Positions 51,804-61,564 of a stretch of DNA of 64,000 nucleotides are shown here, piece after piece (the stretch's first letter is position 1; every line of letters starts with the position of its first letter). The translations under genes and the position numbers were made by a program. The notes beneath the pieces were generated by a model. That model was not told where the DNA came from. It worked only from the letters and a program-made list of their open reading frames with translations, and did not search any database. Source of the stretch: an uncultured Clostridia bacterium (GTDB taxonomy: Bacteria > Bacillota > Clostridia > Oscillospirales > UBA644); the NCBI GenBank assembly GCA_947305805.1, contig CAMZEM010000001.1, positions 1,172-65,171 on the forward strand. Reading direction: 5' to 3'.

Positions 51804-52658
51804 TCAGAAAGTTGAAATAATTCCGTTTTCCATGTCCTGAATTGAATATATTGTATCAAGAACATCAAAAGTCTCTTCAAGGTTCCTTTTTGCGCTCTGC
51901 CAGCCCTTGCCGTCGGTAAACCAAACAAACGTAAAGTCTTTAATCGTCTCCGCTTCTTGTGCAATCTGCTTATAGCTTCTTGCTGTTTCGTTTAATTTCG
52001 AGCCGCCGCCTGTGTAAAAATTCGTTTCAATGCCGTAAATCATTTTTTCTGTTTTAATAACGAAGTCAAACCTTTTTTCGGCTTTGTCTTGATTTGAAAT
52101 AGCGGAAAGGTCAACTCTCCATTTTTGGGTAATTTCATGTATATACATTTCCTTGAAATATGTTTCCCCTTTAATAAAGCCCGCTTTAACAATATAGCTT
52201 TCAACAAGATTTTCCATAAGGTGACCGCCGCGATTTTTTCTTCCGTTGGAATCAAGCCCCGTTTCAACGCCCGTAACATAGTCAACAAGGCTGTGAACAA
52301 TATGATTTTCCATTAAATCAAACAGTCCTGTTTTTCTCATGAAAACTGCGTATTGTTCGGCGGAATAATTCAGTTTATTGAAATTATAGGTAAAATCTCC
52401 GTCAGAATCAATAGCATATATTTCACTTGCTCTTACCGCAAGAAGCAGGGGTACACATTTAAGTGTTTCGGGGTAGTTCTTTACGATTTGAAGAAAATCG
52501 TTTTCTATATTTTTAGAACCTATTAATGAATTCAAAATATTCAACTCAACTTTGACTTCATCAACATTTCTATGTACTTTGGCAAAATCAACATAATATT
52601 CGTAATTTGATATGCTATCTCTGAAGCCGCCTAACCAATCATTAAAATTACGCTTCAT
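51804..52658 (-). CDS. type II restriction endonuclease, DpnII/MboI family (GATC)
   Basis: 284 aa. Long collinear similarity to R.DpnII as I remember it (NILNSLIGSKNIENDFL, VDYVTGVETGLDSNGRKNRGG, RFDFVIKT, FYTGGGSKLNETARSY). AGGAGT SD. Confidence 0.8.
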   Translation of the reverse strand: MKRNFNDWLGGFRDSISNYEYYVDFAKVHRNVDEVKVELNILNSLIGSKNIENDFLQIVKNYPETLKCVPLLLAVRASEIYAIDSDGDFTYNFNKLNYSAEQYAVFMRKTGLFDLMENHIVHSLVDYVTGVETGLDSNGRKNRGGHLMENLVESYIVKAGFIKGETYFKEMYIHEITQKWRVDLSAISNQDKAEKRFDFVIKTEKMIYGIETNFYTGGGSKLNETARSYKQIAQEAETIKDFTFVWFTDGKGWQSAKRNLEETFDVLDTIYSIQDMENGIISTF

Positions 52659-52667
52659 ATTTTACTC

Positions 52668-53546
52668 CTAATAGTTAAAAATAAGCAATTCTTTTATTGC
52701 GCCTCTACCTTTTGCGTTGCTGTTTATCATTCTCGATGCAGAGACTCTTTCGATATTAAAAATACTGTATAAATCATCAAAAAAGTTGTCATTTTCATTC
52801 GTATTTTTCGGGTCAGAGTTACTTGCAACTATTTTTGCTCCCTTTTGAGATATTTCTTTTATGAAATTCCCAAGCATAATTTGTTGATCGTCGCCAAAAT
52901 CGTTTTTTGAATATGATGTAAACGAAGATGTAACGCTTAAAGGGCGATACGGCGGATCAATATAAACAAATGTCTTATTGTCTATAAAATCTTTACATGT
53001 ACTATAATCTCCGCACTGTATACTAACATTTTCAAGAAGATGACTTACAAGTCGAAGATTTTCATCGTCGCAAATAGTCGGTTTTTTATATGATCCCATA
53101 GGAACATTATTTTGCCCGTTTGCATTTACTCGGTAAAGGCCATTAAAACATGTTTTATTTAGAAAAATAAACAAGGCGGCTTTCTCTGCTGTTTGAGCCG
53201 AAAGAGATATTAAACTATTGAATTTCTGCCTTACGCCATAATAATATTCTTTCTGTTTTTGCTCGTCCATCTCCCAAAATGCTTTTTGCATTTCGTAAAG
53301 AAGAGAGATAACAGTTTCAGCATTGTCCCGAATTTGAATATATGTATTTATAAGTTCGGGATTTATATCGTTTATTAATACTTTTTTGGGATTAAAATTT
53401 GCAAGAACATCAAACAATACTGCCCCGCCTCCGACAAAAGGCTCGCAATATTTATCAATTTCAGACGGATATTTACTTCTGATTTCATCAAGAAGCTGAC
53501 TTTTTCCGCCAACCCATTTTATAAACGGTTTTACAGTCTTATACAT
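52668..53546 (-). CDS. Dam-type DNA adenine methyltransferase (GATC), first methylase of the R-M cassette
   Basis: ORF 52668-53606. The best N-terminal match to Dam (MYKTVKPFIKWVGGKSQLL) starts at the ATG at 53546; an ATG at 53558 is also possible. Motif I is EPFVGGGAV and motif IV is YIDPPY. Confidence 0.85.
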   Translation of the reverse strand: MYKTVKPFIKWVGGKSQLLDEIRSKYPSEIDKYCEPFVGGGAVLFDVLANFNPKKVLINDINPELINTYIQIRDNAETVISLLYEMQKAFWEMDEQKQKEYYYGVRQKFNSLISLSAQTAEKAALFIFLNKTCFNGLYRVNANGQNNVPMGSYKKPTICDDENLRLVSHLLENVSIQCGDYSTCKDFIDNKTFVYIDPPYRPLSVTSSFTSYSKNDFGDDQQIMLGNFIKEISQKGAKIVASNSDPKNTNENDNFFDDLYSIFNIERVSASRMINSNAKGRGAIKELLIFNY

Positions 53547-53574
53547 ATTCTTTCCCATTTCCAATTTACAATTA

Positions 53575-54123
53575 TTACCGTGTTCCGTAATCCTCGTATT
53601 GCACAACAGCCGCTACGGAGCTGTCCGCAAAAGCTGCCGAGGAGGAATCCGCGTCCTGCGCCGCTTTTGAGCTGCCCATCCAGCCGATATAAAGCAGCCA
53701 GACCGCCGCAATGAGAATAATCTTTAACAGTTTATTCAGTTTTCTGCTTCTTGAAATAAGAATTGTTGCCGGCACGGAAAAAATGAATATCCAGCCGAGC
53801 ACCCACAGCCACGTCCTCCGCTTCGGCTTTACGGGTTCCGTCTGCGTCCGGTATGTATAGCCGTAATTCTGCGGCGCTGCCGCCGTTACGTTTATTTCCG
53901 TATATCCGCAGTTGGGGCACGCGTTTGTAAAATATTCGTTTCCGCATTCGGGGCAGTGTTTCGGTTCCGCATCCGCCTTTACGCCGCATTTTGAGCAGAA
54001 TTTTCCGTCTTCAATTACCGAGCCGCAGTTCGGGCATATATACGTAAAATCACTCGCTCCGCACGACGGGCAGAAAACAGCGTCGTTTTCCGCCTGTTTG
54101 CCGCAATAGCTGCATTTTTTCAT
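53575..54123 (-). CDS. multi-zinc-ribbon membrane protein, function unknown
   Basis: 182 aa. Four CxxC..CxxC ribbons (CSYCG..CPSCG, CPNCG..CSKCG, CPECG..CPNCG), then one TM (TWLWVLGWIFIFSVPATILI) and a second hydrophobic segment. AGGGGGA SD. Confidence 0.65.
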   Translation of the reverse strand: MKKCSYCGKQAENDAVFCPSCGASDFTYICPNCGSVIEDGKFCSKCGVKADAEPKHCPECGNEYFTNACPNCGYTEINVTAAAPQNYGYTYRTQTEPVKPKRRTWLWVLGWIFIFSVPATILISRSRKLNKLLKIILIAAVWLLYIGWMGSSKAAQDADSSSAAFADSSVAAVVQYEDYGTR

Positions 54124-54158
54124 TAAACCGTCCCCCTGTCTTTCTGCATTTTTATCGG

Positions 54159-54860
54159 TTATTTAATCCCCATAAGCGCGAGCGCCGCCTTTGCCGCGGA
54201 CTGTTCAGCGCTCTTTTTGGAGTGTCCCGCGCCTTTTGCGATAATGTTTGAGTTGATTTTTACCTGACATACAAACATTCTGTCGTGCGCGGGGCCGCTC
54301 TCCTCTATAATCTCGTAAGAGAGAAGCTCGCCCTTGTTTTTCTGCACAATCTCCTGCAAAACCGATTTCCAGTCGTGCATTATATCGTATTCGCCCGCCG
54401 CCTTTGCAATAAACGGCAGAATTATTTTTTTAACCTCTTCGATGCCTCCGTCCAGATAAACGGCGCCCAGCATCGCCTCAACGGCGTCGGCAAGCGTTGA
54501 TTTTCTCTCGGTGCCCGCCGCTTTTTCGCCTTTGCCGAAAAGAAGGCATTCGCCGAGATTTATCTGTTTTGCAAAAACGAAAAGCGACTCTTCGCAGACA
54601 AGCGCGGCTTTAAGCTTTGTTAAAACGCCCTCGTTTTCGTTTATATTCGAAAAGAGGTATTCGCAGGTAATCAGCGAAAGCACCGAGTCGCCCAGAAATT
54701 CGAGCCGCTCGTTAGACGCCGTTTCCTGTTTATGCTCGTTGTAAAAAGACGAATGCGTAATCGCGTCCGCCGCAAAGCGTCTGTTTTTGAAAGAGTAGTT
54801 TATCTTTTTTTCAAGAAGCGCTATTTTTTCTTCCGCCTCGGGGTAAAAAGAGGTATTCAT
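54159..54860 (-). CDS. rnc: ribonuclease III
   Basis: ORF 54159-54908. Start moved to the ATG at 54860 (MNTSFYPEAEEK), 1 nt after the acp-like stop. RNase III signature ERLEFLGDSVL and a C-terminal dsRBD. Confidence 0.9.
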   Translation of the reverse strand: MNTSFYPEAEEKIALLEKKINYSFKNRRFAADAITHSSFYNEHKQETASNERLEFLGDSVLSLITCEYLFSNINENEGVLTKLKAALVCEESLFVFAKQINLGECLLFGKGEKAAGTERKSTLADAVEAMLGAVYLDGGIEEVKKIILPFIAKAAGEYDIMHDWKSVLQEIVQKNKGELLSYEIIEESGPAHDRMFVCQVKINSNIIAKGAGHSKKSAEQSAAKAALALMGIK

Positions 54861-54861
54861 C

Positions 54862-55107
54862 TTATTTTTCCTTACTTTTTTTATCAACCGCTTCGGTGAG
54901 ATTTTCAACTGTAAACGGTCCTTTTTTTGGAAGCTTCGGCGTAACGCCGAATTCCTCCTCGATTATCATTGCAAGTTCGAGCATATCGTATTCGTCTGCG
55001 AAAAGGTCTTCAAAAAGGTCCGTTTCGGGCGTGATTTCACTTTCGTCCGTATCAAAAATATCCGCAAGAAACGGTTTTAATTTATTGAATACACCCGGTT
55101 TAAGCAT
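54862..55107 (-). CDS. acyl carrier protein homolog lacking the phosphopantetheine-attachment serine (DEYD instead of DSLD)
   Basis: 81 aa from the ATG at 55107 (GGAAAAGGAAG SD, overlaps the plsX stop). EDLFADEYDMLELAMIIEEEFG aligns with the ACP helix II region [21 protein letters not shown]. The codon at the Ser position is GAA. Confidence 0.7.
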   Translation of the reverse strand: MLKPGVFNKLKPFLADIFDTDESEITPETDLFEDLFADEYDMLELAMIIEEEFGVTPKLPKKGPFTVENLTEAVDKKSKEK

Positions 55108-56101
55108 TTGTTTCTTCCTTTTCCATTGCCGCCTCGATCTGCGGAATAACGTCCGTTTTAACAAGGTTTACCGCCTGGCGGATCGAGTTGAAAAATCCCT
55201 TTTCGTCCGAAGAGCCGTGCGCCTTTATCACGGGTTTTGAAATACCCAGAAGCATTGCGCCGCCGATCTCTTTGTAGTCCATGCGTTTTCTGAATTCCTT
55301 TATGCCCTTCATAACGAAAAGTGCGCCGATTTTTGTGATAATGTTTCTGGTAAAAATGTTTTTTACCTCATCCGAAATCATTTTGCCCGCGCCTTCGTAC
55401 GTTTTAAGAATCATATTGCCCGTAAAGCCGTCCGCCACCGCAACGTCGCATTCGCCGAGGGGAAGTCCGCGGCCCTCAACGTTGCCCACAAAATTGATTT
55501 TTGCGTTTTGCTTTAAAAGCTTGTGCGTTTCGATATAAAGCTCGGTGCCCTTCGTTTCCTCCGCGCCGTTGTTTGCAAGACCGACTCTCGGCGACGCTAT
55601 GCCGTGTATGTTTTTCATATAAACCGAGCCCATCACGGCAAACTGTTCGAGCATTTCCGGCTTGCAGTCAAGGTTTGCGCCGGAGTCCACTATCATCATA
55701 AGTCCGCCTTTAACGGGCATAACGGGAGCCATTGCCGCGCGGCGAACGCCTTTTATGCACCTTACAAACAGCGTTGCGCCCACAAGCAGAGCGCCGGAGT
55801 TTCCCGCCGACACAAGAGCGTCACCCTCGCCGTTTTTAAGCATTGCAAGAGACTTTGCAAGCGAACTTTCCGTTTTTTTGCGGACCGATATCGGCTCGTC
55901 GTGCATTGTGATAACGTCTTCCGCATTAACGATTTCTATGCCGTCCCGCGAAAGCGAGTTTGCCTCAAAAACCCTGTTTATTTCGTCTTCTCTGCCTACG
56001 AGCTTTATGTTTACGCCGAATTCCTTTACCGCCTTAACGGATGCCGTTACCATAACGTCGGGGGAATTGTCCGCGCCCATTGCATCTACTATAATAATCA
56101 T
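55100..56101 (-). CDS. plsX: phosphate acyltransferase PlsX
   Basis: 333 aa. [12 protein letters not shown] start, plus the GNSGALL and HGSS motifs. Confidence 0.9.
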   Translation of the reverse strand: MIIIVDAMGADNSPDVMVTASVKAVKEFGVNIKLVGREDEINRVFEANSLSRDGIEIVNAEDVITMHDEPISVRKKTESSLAKSLAMLKNGEGDALVSAGNSGALLVGATLFVRCIKGVRRAAMAPVMPVKGGLMMIVDSGANLDCKPEMLEQFAVMGSVYMKNIHGIASPRVGLANNGAEETKGTELYIETHKLLKQNAKINFVGNVEGRGLPLGECDVAVADGFTGNMILKTYEGAGKMISDEVKNIFTRNIITKIGALFVMKGIKEFRKRMDYKEIGGAMLLGISKPVIKAHGSSDEKGFFNSIRQAVNLVKTDVIPQIEAAMEKEETNA

Positions 56102-57414
56102 TTTTCCTGCCCTCTCATATAAAATTCGGTATTTTTTATTATTTCAAGCGCGCGCTGCGAATACATTTCTTTTCTGTCCGCCTTTTTCGGCTTTTTCCCC
56201 GTCCATTCAAGAGGCGGAAATATGCCGAAATTAACGTTCATCGGCTGAAAATCGGTTATATTTTCGTTGCTTATATAGTGCGCAAGCGCGCCGATCGCCG
56301 TTTCGGGCGGAAAAATGAATCTATCATCCCGCGCGGCGTTTATACCCGCAACGAAGCCAGAAGAACAGCTTTCTATATACCCCTCAACGCCCGTCATCTG
56401 TCCCGCAAAAAAGAGATTTTTTCTCTTTACCGTTTCGTATGCCGCCGTAAGATTGCCGGGCGACGAGATAAACGTGTTTCTGTGCATAACGCCGTAGCGC
56501 ACAAACTCGGCGTTTTCAAGCCCCGGTATCAAGCCGAAAACGCGGCGCTGTTCGGGGAATTTAAGATGCGTCTGAAATCCGACTATATTGTATACCGTCT
56601 CCGCGGCGTTGTCTTTTCGCAGCTGGACTACCGCACAGGGCGTTTTCCCCGTTTTCGGATCGGGCAGCCCCACCGGCTTTAACGGACCGAAAAGCAGCGT
56701 TTCTTTTCCTCTTGCCGCCATTGTTTCAACGGGCATGCACCCCTCGAAAACGTTGTTTTCAAAATCGCGTATTTCAGCCGTTTCGGCGTTTATGAGCGCT
56801 TCGTAAAACGCCTCGTATTCCTCTTTCGTCATCGGACAGTTTATATAGTCCGGCGTGCCTTTGCCGTAGCGCGATGCGAAATACGCCTTTTGCATATCAA
56901 CGCTTTCAAAAGTAACCGTAGGCGCCGCGGCGTCGAAAAAATGAAGCCCTTCGCTGCCGAAAAACTCCGCGATTCTGCCCGCAAGAGCGTCGGAAGTAAG
57001 CGGACCGGTTGCAATAACCGTGGGGCAGTCGAATTCGAGCGTATCTATCTCTTTTTCGATAATTTCGATATTCGGCTCGTTTTTTATGTGCTCAGTTACG
57101 GCTCTCGGAAACGCCTCTCTGTCCACCGCAAGAGCGCCGCCCGCCGGCACGCGCGTTAAATCGGCGCATTTCATTATAAGCGAGCCCATTTCGCGCAGTT
57201 CCTCTTTCAGAAGCCCGATCGCGTTTGAAAGTCCTTCGGCGCGAAACGAGTTTGAGCAGCAAAGCTCGCAGAAATCGGATGAACTGTGCGCAGGTATGCG
57301 CTTTTTCGGCTTCATCTCGTAAAGACGGACTTTCGCTCCGCTCTTTGCCGCCTGCCACGCTGCCTCGCAGCCCGCAAGCCCCGCGCCGACAACGTTTACT
57401 GTCTTTTTTTCCAA
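56098..57414 (-). CDS. trmFO: methylenetetrahydrofolate--tRNA-(uracil-5-)-methyltransferase TrmFO
   Basis: 438 aa. TTG start with AAAGGAG 6 nt upstream. [19 protein letters not shown] motif. Position downstream of topA as in Bacillus. Confidence 0.9.
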   Translation of the reverse strand: MEKKTVNVVGAGLAGCEAAWQAAKSGAKVRLYEMKPKKRIPAHSSSDFCELCCSNSFRAEGLSNAIGLLKEELREMGSLIMKCADLTRVPAGGALAVDREAFPRAVTEHIKNEPNIEIIEKEIDTLEFDCPTVIATGPLTSDALAGRIAEFFGSEGLHFFDAAAPTVTFESVDMQKAYFASRYGKGTPDYINCPMTKEEYEAFYEALINAETAEIRDFENNVFEGCMPVETMAARGKETLLFGPLKPVGLPDPKTGKTPCAVVQLRKDNAAETVYNIVGFQTHLKFPEQRRVFGLIPGLENAEFVRYGVMHRNTFISSPGNLTAAYETVKRKNLFFAGQMTGVEGYIESCSSGFVAGINAARDDRFIFPPETAIGALAHYISNENITDFQPMNVNFGIFPPLEWTGKKPKKADRKEMYSQRALEIIKNTEFYMRGQEK

Positions 57415-57425
57415 ATTTTACTCCT

Positions 57426-58154
57426 TTATACCGTCATTCCGCCGTCAATGGTAAGTATCTGTCCCGTAACGTATTCCGCCTCGGCAAGAAACAGAACGGC
57501 TTTTGCCACGTCGAAAGGACTGCCGAAACGGCGAAGAAGTATCTGCTCTTTAAGCTCTTTTACGGTGTCAGCGTCAATATGCGCGTTCATATCCGTATCT
57601 ATAACCCCGGGGCATACGCAGTTTACGCGGATATCCGATAACGAAAGCTCCTTTGCAAGCGCCTTTGTCATACCTATCATTCCCGCCTTTGCCGCAGAAT
57701 ACGCAACCTCGCACGATGCGCCCGTAACGCCCCACATTGAAGAGACGTTTACTATTGCTCCGCCGCCTGCGTTTATCATGCCCCGCGTTACCGCCTTAGA
57801 GCAGAAAAACGCGGTTTTCAGATTGTTTGCAAATACTCCGTCCCAGTCCCGTTCGGCGGTTTCGGTAAAAAGTTTTATAAGACTTACGCCTGCATTGTTT
57901 ACAAGTACGTCTATTTTACCGTATTTCTTTTCCGCCGCGGCAATCATTTCGCAAACTTCGTTTTCGTTTGAGCAGTCGCCTTTATAAAGAGTAACGTCCG
58001 TACCCAGCGAAATAAGTTTTTTTTCGAGCTCTTTTGCCTTTTCGGCGCTGTTTCTGTAATTTATAGCAACGTTATACCCTTTTTTTGCAAACTCTTCCGC
58101 GCACGCCGCGCCTATTCCCTTCGCTCCGCCCGTTATAAATACGGTTTTACTCAT
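57426..58154 (-). CDS. SDR family oxidoreductase (FabG-like 3-oxoacyl reductase type)
   Basis: 242 aa. TGGAKGIG, NNAG and YSAAK motifs. Confidence 0.75.
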   Translation of the reverse strand: MSKTVFITGGAKGIGAACAEEFAKKGYNVAINYRNSAEKAKELEKKLISLGTDVTLYKGDCSNENEVCEMIAAAEKKYGKIDVLVNNAGVSLIKLFTETAERDWDGVFANNLKTAFFCSKAVTRGMINAGGGAIVNVSSMWGVTGASCEVAYSAAKAGMIGMTKALAKELSLSDIRVNCVCPGVIDTDMNAHIDADTVKELKEQILLRRFGSPFDVAKAVLFLAEAEYVTGQILTIDGGMTV

Positions 58155-60310
58155 TTTTTGTCGTCTCCGCTCTTCTCGCGCGTTCTTTCAACTCTTGTTT
58201 CATAGCCGCAAGACGCCTTCTGGCAGTAAAGACGGTTGAATTTTCTGAAAAGCGTTGATCCGCATTTCGGGCATCTTTCCTTTGTGGGCAGATCCCACGT
58301 CATAAATCCGCATTCGCTCGCTCTTTCGCAGGCGTAATACGTTTTTCCGGCTTTCGAACGGCGCACGAGAATTTTTCCTCCGCATTCTGGACACGTTCCG
58401 TCCGCCTCAACAACTATCGCCTTCGTGTTTTTGCACGTCGGATAGTTGGGACATGCGAGAAATCTTCCGAAACGGCTTACTTTATATACCATTTTCGCGC
58501 CGCATTTATCGCAGATAACGTCGCTTTCCTCGTCGGGAACGGTTACTTTAACCCCGTTCAGCTTCTTTTCCGCCTCTTTAAGCTCGGCTTCAAAATCGCC
58601 GTAAAAGCCGTTCATCGTGTCAAGATAATTCTTTTTGCCCTCTTCTATTCCGTCAAGTTCGCTTTCCATGCCTGCCGTGAAGCCGACGTCAACGATATTT
58701 CTGAAATTCTCAGTCAGTACGTCCGTAGTAACGTTTCCGAGCGACGTGGGACGCAGATTGCGTCCGTCTTTTTCAACGTAGCGCCTGTCTATAATCGTGC
58801 TTACTATCGTTGCAAACGTGGACGGTCTGCCTATTCCGTCCTCTTCAAGCGCCTTTACGAGAGAACCTTCGGTATACCGTGACGGCGGCTGAGTGAATTT
58901 CTGCTCGGGATTAAGCTCTTTAAGCTCCGCTTTTTCGCCCTTTGCAAGAGAGGGAAGTCTCTTGGGCAGCTTTTCGTCGTCGTCTCCGTAACCGTAAACT
59001 TCCGTAAAGCCGCCGAATACCGATTTTTTATCTGACGCCTTGAAAATATACTCTTTTTTCGTGATTTTGCCTTCCGCCGCTACGTCAACGTCCGTAACCT
59101 CGTATACCGCGGACGCCATCTGCGAAGATACAAACCGCTCCCAGATAAGCTTGTAAAGACGGTACTGCTCGTTTGTTAAACTTTCTTTCAGTATCTGCGG
59201 GGTGAGCGTAACGTCTGTGGGACGGATTGCCTCGTGCGCATCCTGCGCGTTGTTTTTCGATTTGTATACCCTGCGGAAAGGCGGATAGTATTCCGCGCCG
59301 TAATTTTTAACGATAAAATCTTTGGCAGCATACGCCGCTTCGTCCGAAACGCGCTGAGAGTCCGTTCTCATATACGTGATAAGACCTACCGCGCCTTTGC
59401 CTTTTACCTCGATGCCCTCGTAAAGATTCTGAGCAACGCTCATTGTGCGGGACGGGCTGAAACGGAGTCTCGAAGACGCCTCCTGCTGCAATGCGGAAGT
59501 TGTAAACGGCGGTTTGGGATTTGTTTTATCCTCATGTTTTTCAACTGAAACAACCGTATATTCCGCTTCGCGGAGATCGTCAAGCAAAGCATCCATCGCT
59601 TCTTTGTTGTTTATCGCCGTTTTGCCGTCTTTATCGCCGTAAAAGTTCGCCGTCCACTCTTTTGCGGCTTTTGTGAATACGGCTTTGAGAGTCCAGTATT
59701 CATCCGCAACAAACGCTTCTATCTCGCGCTCGCGGTCAACTATGAGCTTTGTTGCAACGCTCTGCACTCTGCCTGCGGAAAGCCCCGTTTTTACTTTCTT
59801 CCATAAAAACGGACTTAGCTTGTAGCCGACTATTCTGTCAAGCACGCGTCTTGCCTGCTGCGCGGAAACACGGTTCATATTTATTTTTCCCGGATGTTCC
59901 ACGCCTGCGGTAACGGCGGATTTCGTTACTTCGTTAAAAGTAACTCTTATGTTGTCGTCGGGGTTAAGACCGAGCAGCGTTGCAAGATGCCACGCTATCG
60001 CTTCGCCTTCGCGGTCCGGGTCGGTTGCGAGATAAACTTTTTTTGCCGATTCGGCCGCCGTTTTAAGCTCTTTTAGCACCGTAGACTTGCCGTCTTTTCT
60101 CGAAACGACGTATTCCGGCTCAAATCCGTTTTCAATGTCTACGCCCAGACGGGAAGAGGGAAGATCGCGGATATGTCCCTTTGAAGAAAGGACTTCATAT
60201 TTTGATCCGAGTATTTTTTTAATCGATTTGATTTTGTTGGGCGATTCTATTATAAGCAGATTTTTCGCCCCTCTTGCGGGTTCTTTTGATGTTGATTTTA
60301 CCGTTGCCAT
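58151..60310 (-). CDS. topA: DNA topoisomerase I
   Basis: 719 aa. Toprim LLIIESPNK, active-site region ITYMRTDS, and C-terminal C4 zinc ribbons. Confidence 0.95.
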   Translation of the reverse strand: MATVKSTSKEPARGAKNLLIIESPNKIKSIKKILGSKYEVLSSKGHIRDLPSSRLGVDIENGFEPEYVVSRKDGKSTVLKELKTAAESAKKVYLATDPDREGEAIAWHLATLLGLNPDDNIRVTFNEVTKSAVTAGVEHPGKINMNRVSAQQARRVLDRIVGYKLSPFLWKKVKTGLSAGRVQSVATKLIVDREREIEAFVADEYWTLKAVFTKAAKEWTANFYGDKDGKTAINNKEAMDALLDDLREAEYTVVSVEKHEDKTNPKPPFTTSALQQEASSRLRFSPSRTMSVAQNLYEGIEVKGKGAVGLITYMRTDSQRVSDEAAYAAKDFIVKNYGAEYYPPFRRVYKSKNNAQDAHEAIRPTDVTLTPQILKESLTNEQYRLYKLIWERFVSSQMASAVYEVTDVDVAAEGKITKKEYIFKASDKKSVFGGFTEVYGYGDDDEKLPKRLPSLAKGEKAELKELNPEQKFTQPPSRYTEGSLVKALEEDGIGRPSTFATIVSTIIDRRYVEKDGRNLRPTSLGNVTTDVLTENFRNIVDVGFTAGMESELDGIEEGKKNYLDTMNGFYGDFEAELKEAEKKLNGVKVTVPDEESDVICDKCGAKMVYKVSRFGRFLACPNYPTCKNTKAIVVEADGTCPECGGKILVRRSKAGKTYYACERASECGFMTWDLPTKERCPKCGSTLFRKFNRLYCQKASCGYETRVERTREKSGDDKK

Positions 60311-60349
60311 TCAATTTGCTCCTGTGGTTTATATATAATATATTTTATG

Positions 60350-61552
60350 CTATTTTATTCTGTATCTGCCGGCTTCCGCCTCGCGCAGAATCTCTTTTTC
60401 TTCAAGCTCGCATACCGCTTCAAACGCGCTGCCGAAATCCGTGTCAAGCTCTTCGCAAATTTCGTCCACCGCCACGGACCCCCGCTTTTCCGCGAGAGAA
60501 AGCGCCGCTTTTGCAAGCTCTGAAAGCCCCGACGTGTCAACGGGTTTTCTTTCCGTTTTCTCCGTGCTTTCCTTTTTCTTTTTTACCTGTTTTTCCGCCT
60601 TTTTTTCAGTCGGCTTCGTCTCTTCGGCGTCCGTACGCATAGGCGACGACAGCCTTTTCATTATTTTAAGCCGCATGCCGTATTCGGAATTGAGAAACTC
60701 TATTACGTCGTCCGCTCCCGTTATCGCGCGGCAGCCTTCTTTTATCAGTCTGTTTGTGCCGGCGCTTACGGGAGAGTCTATCGGTCCGGGAATTGCAAGA
60801 ACGGGCACGCCCTGCTTTTTCGCATGTTCCGCCGTACGCATGGAACCGCTGTTTTCGTCCGACTCAACTATTATCACCGCTTTTGAAAACGCGCTCAGAA
60901 GTCTGTTTCTTTCGGGGAAATGAAAACCCTGCACCGCGGAACCGGGCAGATATTCCGATACGACCGCGCCGTTGCCGACTATATGCCCGTATAGCTCCGC
61001 ATTTTCCTTCGGGTATATCACGTCCGCGCCGCCGCCCAGAAAAGCAACGGTTTCCTTTCCCTCGTAAAGCGCGCCTTTGTGCGCCGCGGTGTCTATTCCC
61101 GCCGCCATTCCGCTTACTACGGTTATTCCCGCAGACGCAAGTTCGTACGCAATCCGCGCCGCCGTTTTTTTGCCGAGCGCAGTCGCTTTTCTTGACCCTA
61201 CTATCGCCACTCTTACGTCGTCTTGCGAAAATACCGCCGTTCCCTTAACGAAAAGTACGCACGGGGGGTTTGCCGTCCGCATAACCTCTTCAGGCATTTC
61301 GGGAGACGAAAAAGGAATTACCCTGAGCCCGAGTTTTTCGCATTTTTTCAGTATTTTTCCCGCTTCGTCAAGATTTTTGTCTTCAAAAAGCGTTTTCTGC
61401 GACTCCGAAAAAACATCTGAAAAATCGGACCGTTTCGCCCTGTATACTTCTTTTGCCGAGGCAAACGTTTTTGCGGCAAGTCTTGCCGCAGACGGACTTT
61501 TTTCCGTAACCGTTTTTATCCATAAAGCGTAAAGAGCTTCGTTTACGTCCAT
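60350..61552 (-). CDS. dprA: DNA-processing protein DprA (with K/E-rich linker and C-terminal winged-helix extension)
   Basis: 400 aa. Rossmann-like core (VVSGMAAGIDTAAHKGAL, GSMRTAEHA). Sits upstream of topA as in Bacillus smf-topA. Confidence 0.85.
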   Translation of the reverse strand: MDVNEALYALWIKTVTEKSPSAARLAAKTFASAKEVYRAKRSDFSDVFSESQKTLFEDKNLDEAGKILKKCEKLGLRVIPFSSPEMPEEVMRTANPPCVLFVKGTAVFSQDDVRVAIVGSRKATALGKKTAARIAYELASAGITVVSGMAAGIDTAAHKGALYEGKETVAFLGGGADVIYPKENAELYGHIVGNGAVVSEYLPGSAVQGFHFPERNRLLSAFSKAVIIVESDENSGSMRTAEHAKKQGVPVLAIPGPIDSPVSAGTNRLIKEGCRAITGADDVIEFLNSEYGMRLKIMKRLSSPMRTDAEETKPTEKKAEKQVKKKKESTEKTERKPVDTSGLSELAKAALSLAEKRGSVAVDEICEELDTDFGSAFEAVCELEEKEILREAEAGRYRIK

Positions 61553-61564
61553 TGTTATCTCCGC

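Noticed and set aside
51004-53610. Mobile-element boundaries (direct repeats, att sites, integrase) around the R-M island
   Set aside because: I compared both flanks by eye. No direct or inverted repeats longer than a few nt were found, and there is no recombinase gene. I therefore report the region only as a compositional island, not as a defined mobile element.
57426-58154. FabG-like SDR inserted between topA and trmFO as a possible fatty-acid synthesis remnant linked to the Ser-less ACP
   Set aside because: SDRs with this motif set are very common and substrate cannot be inferred. There is no fabD, fabF or fabH nearby, so I make no functional link.
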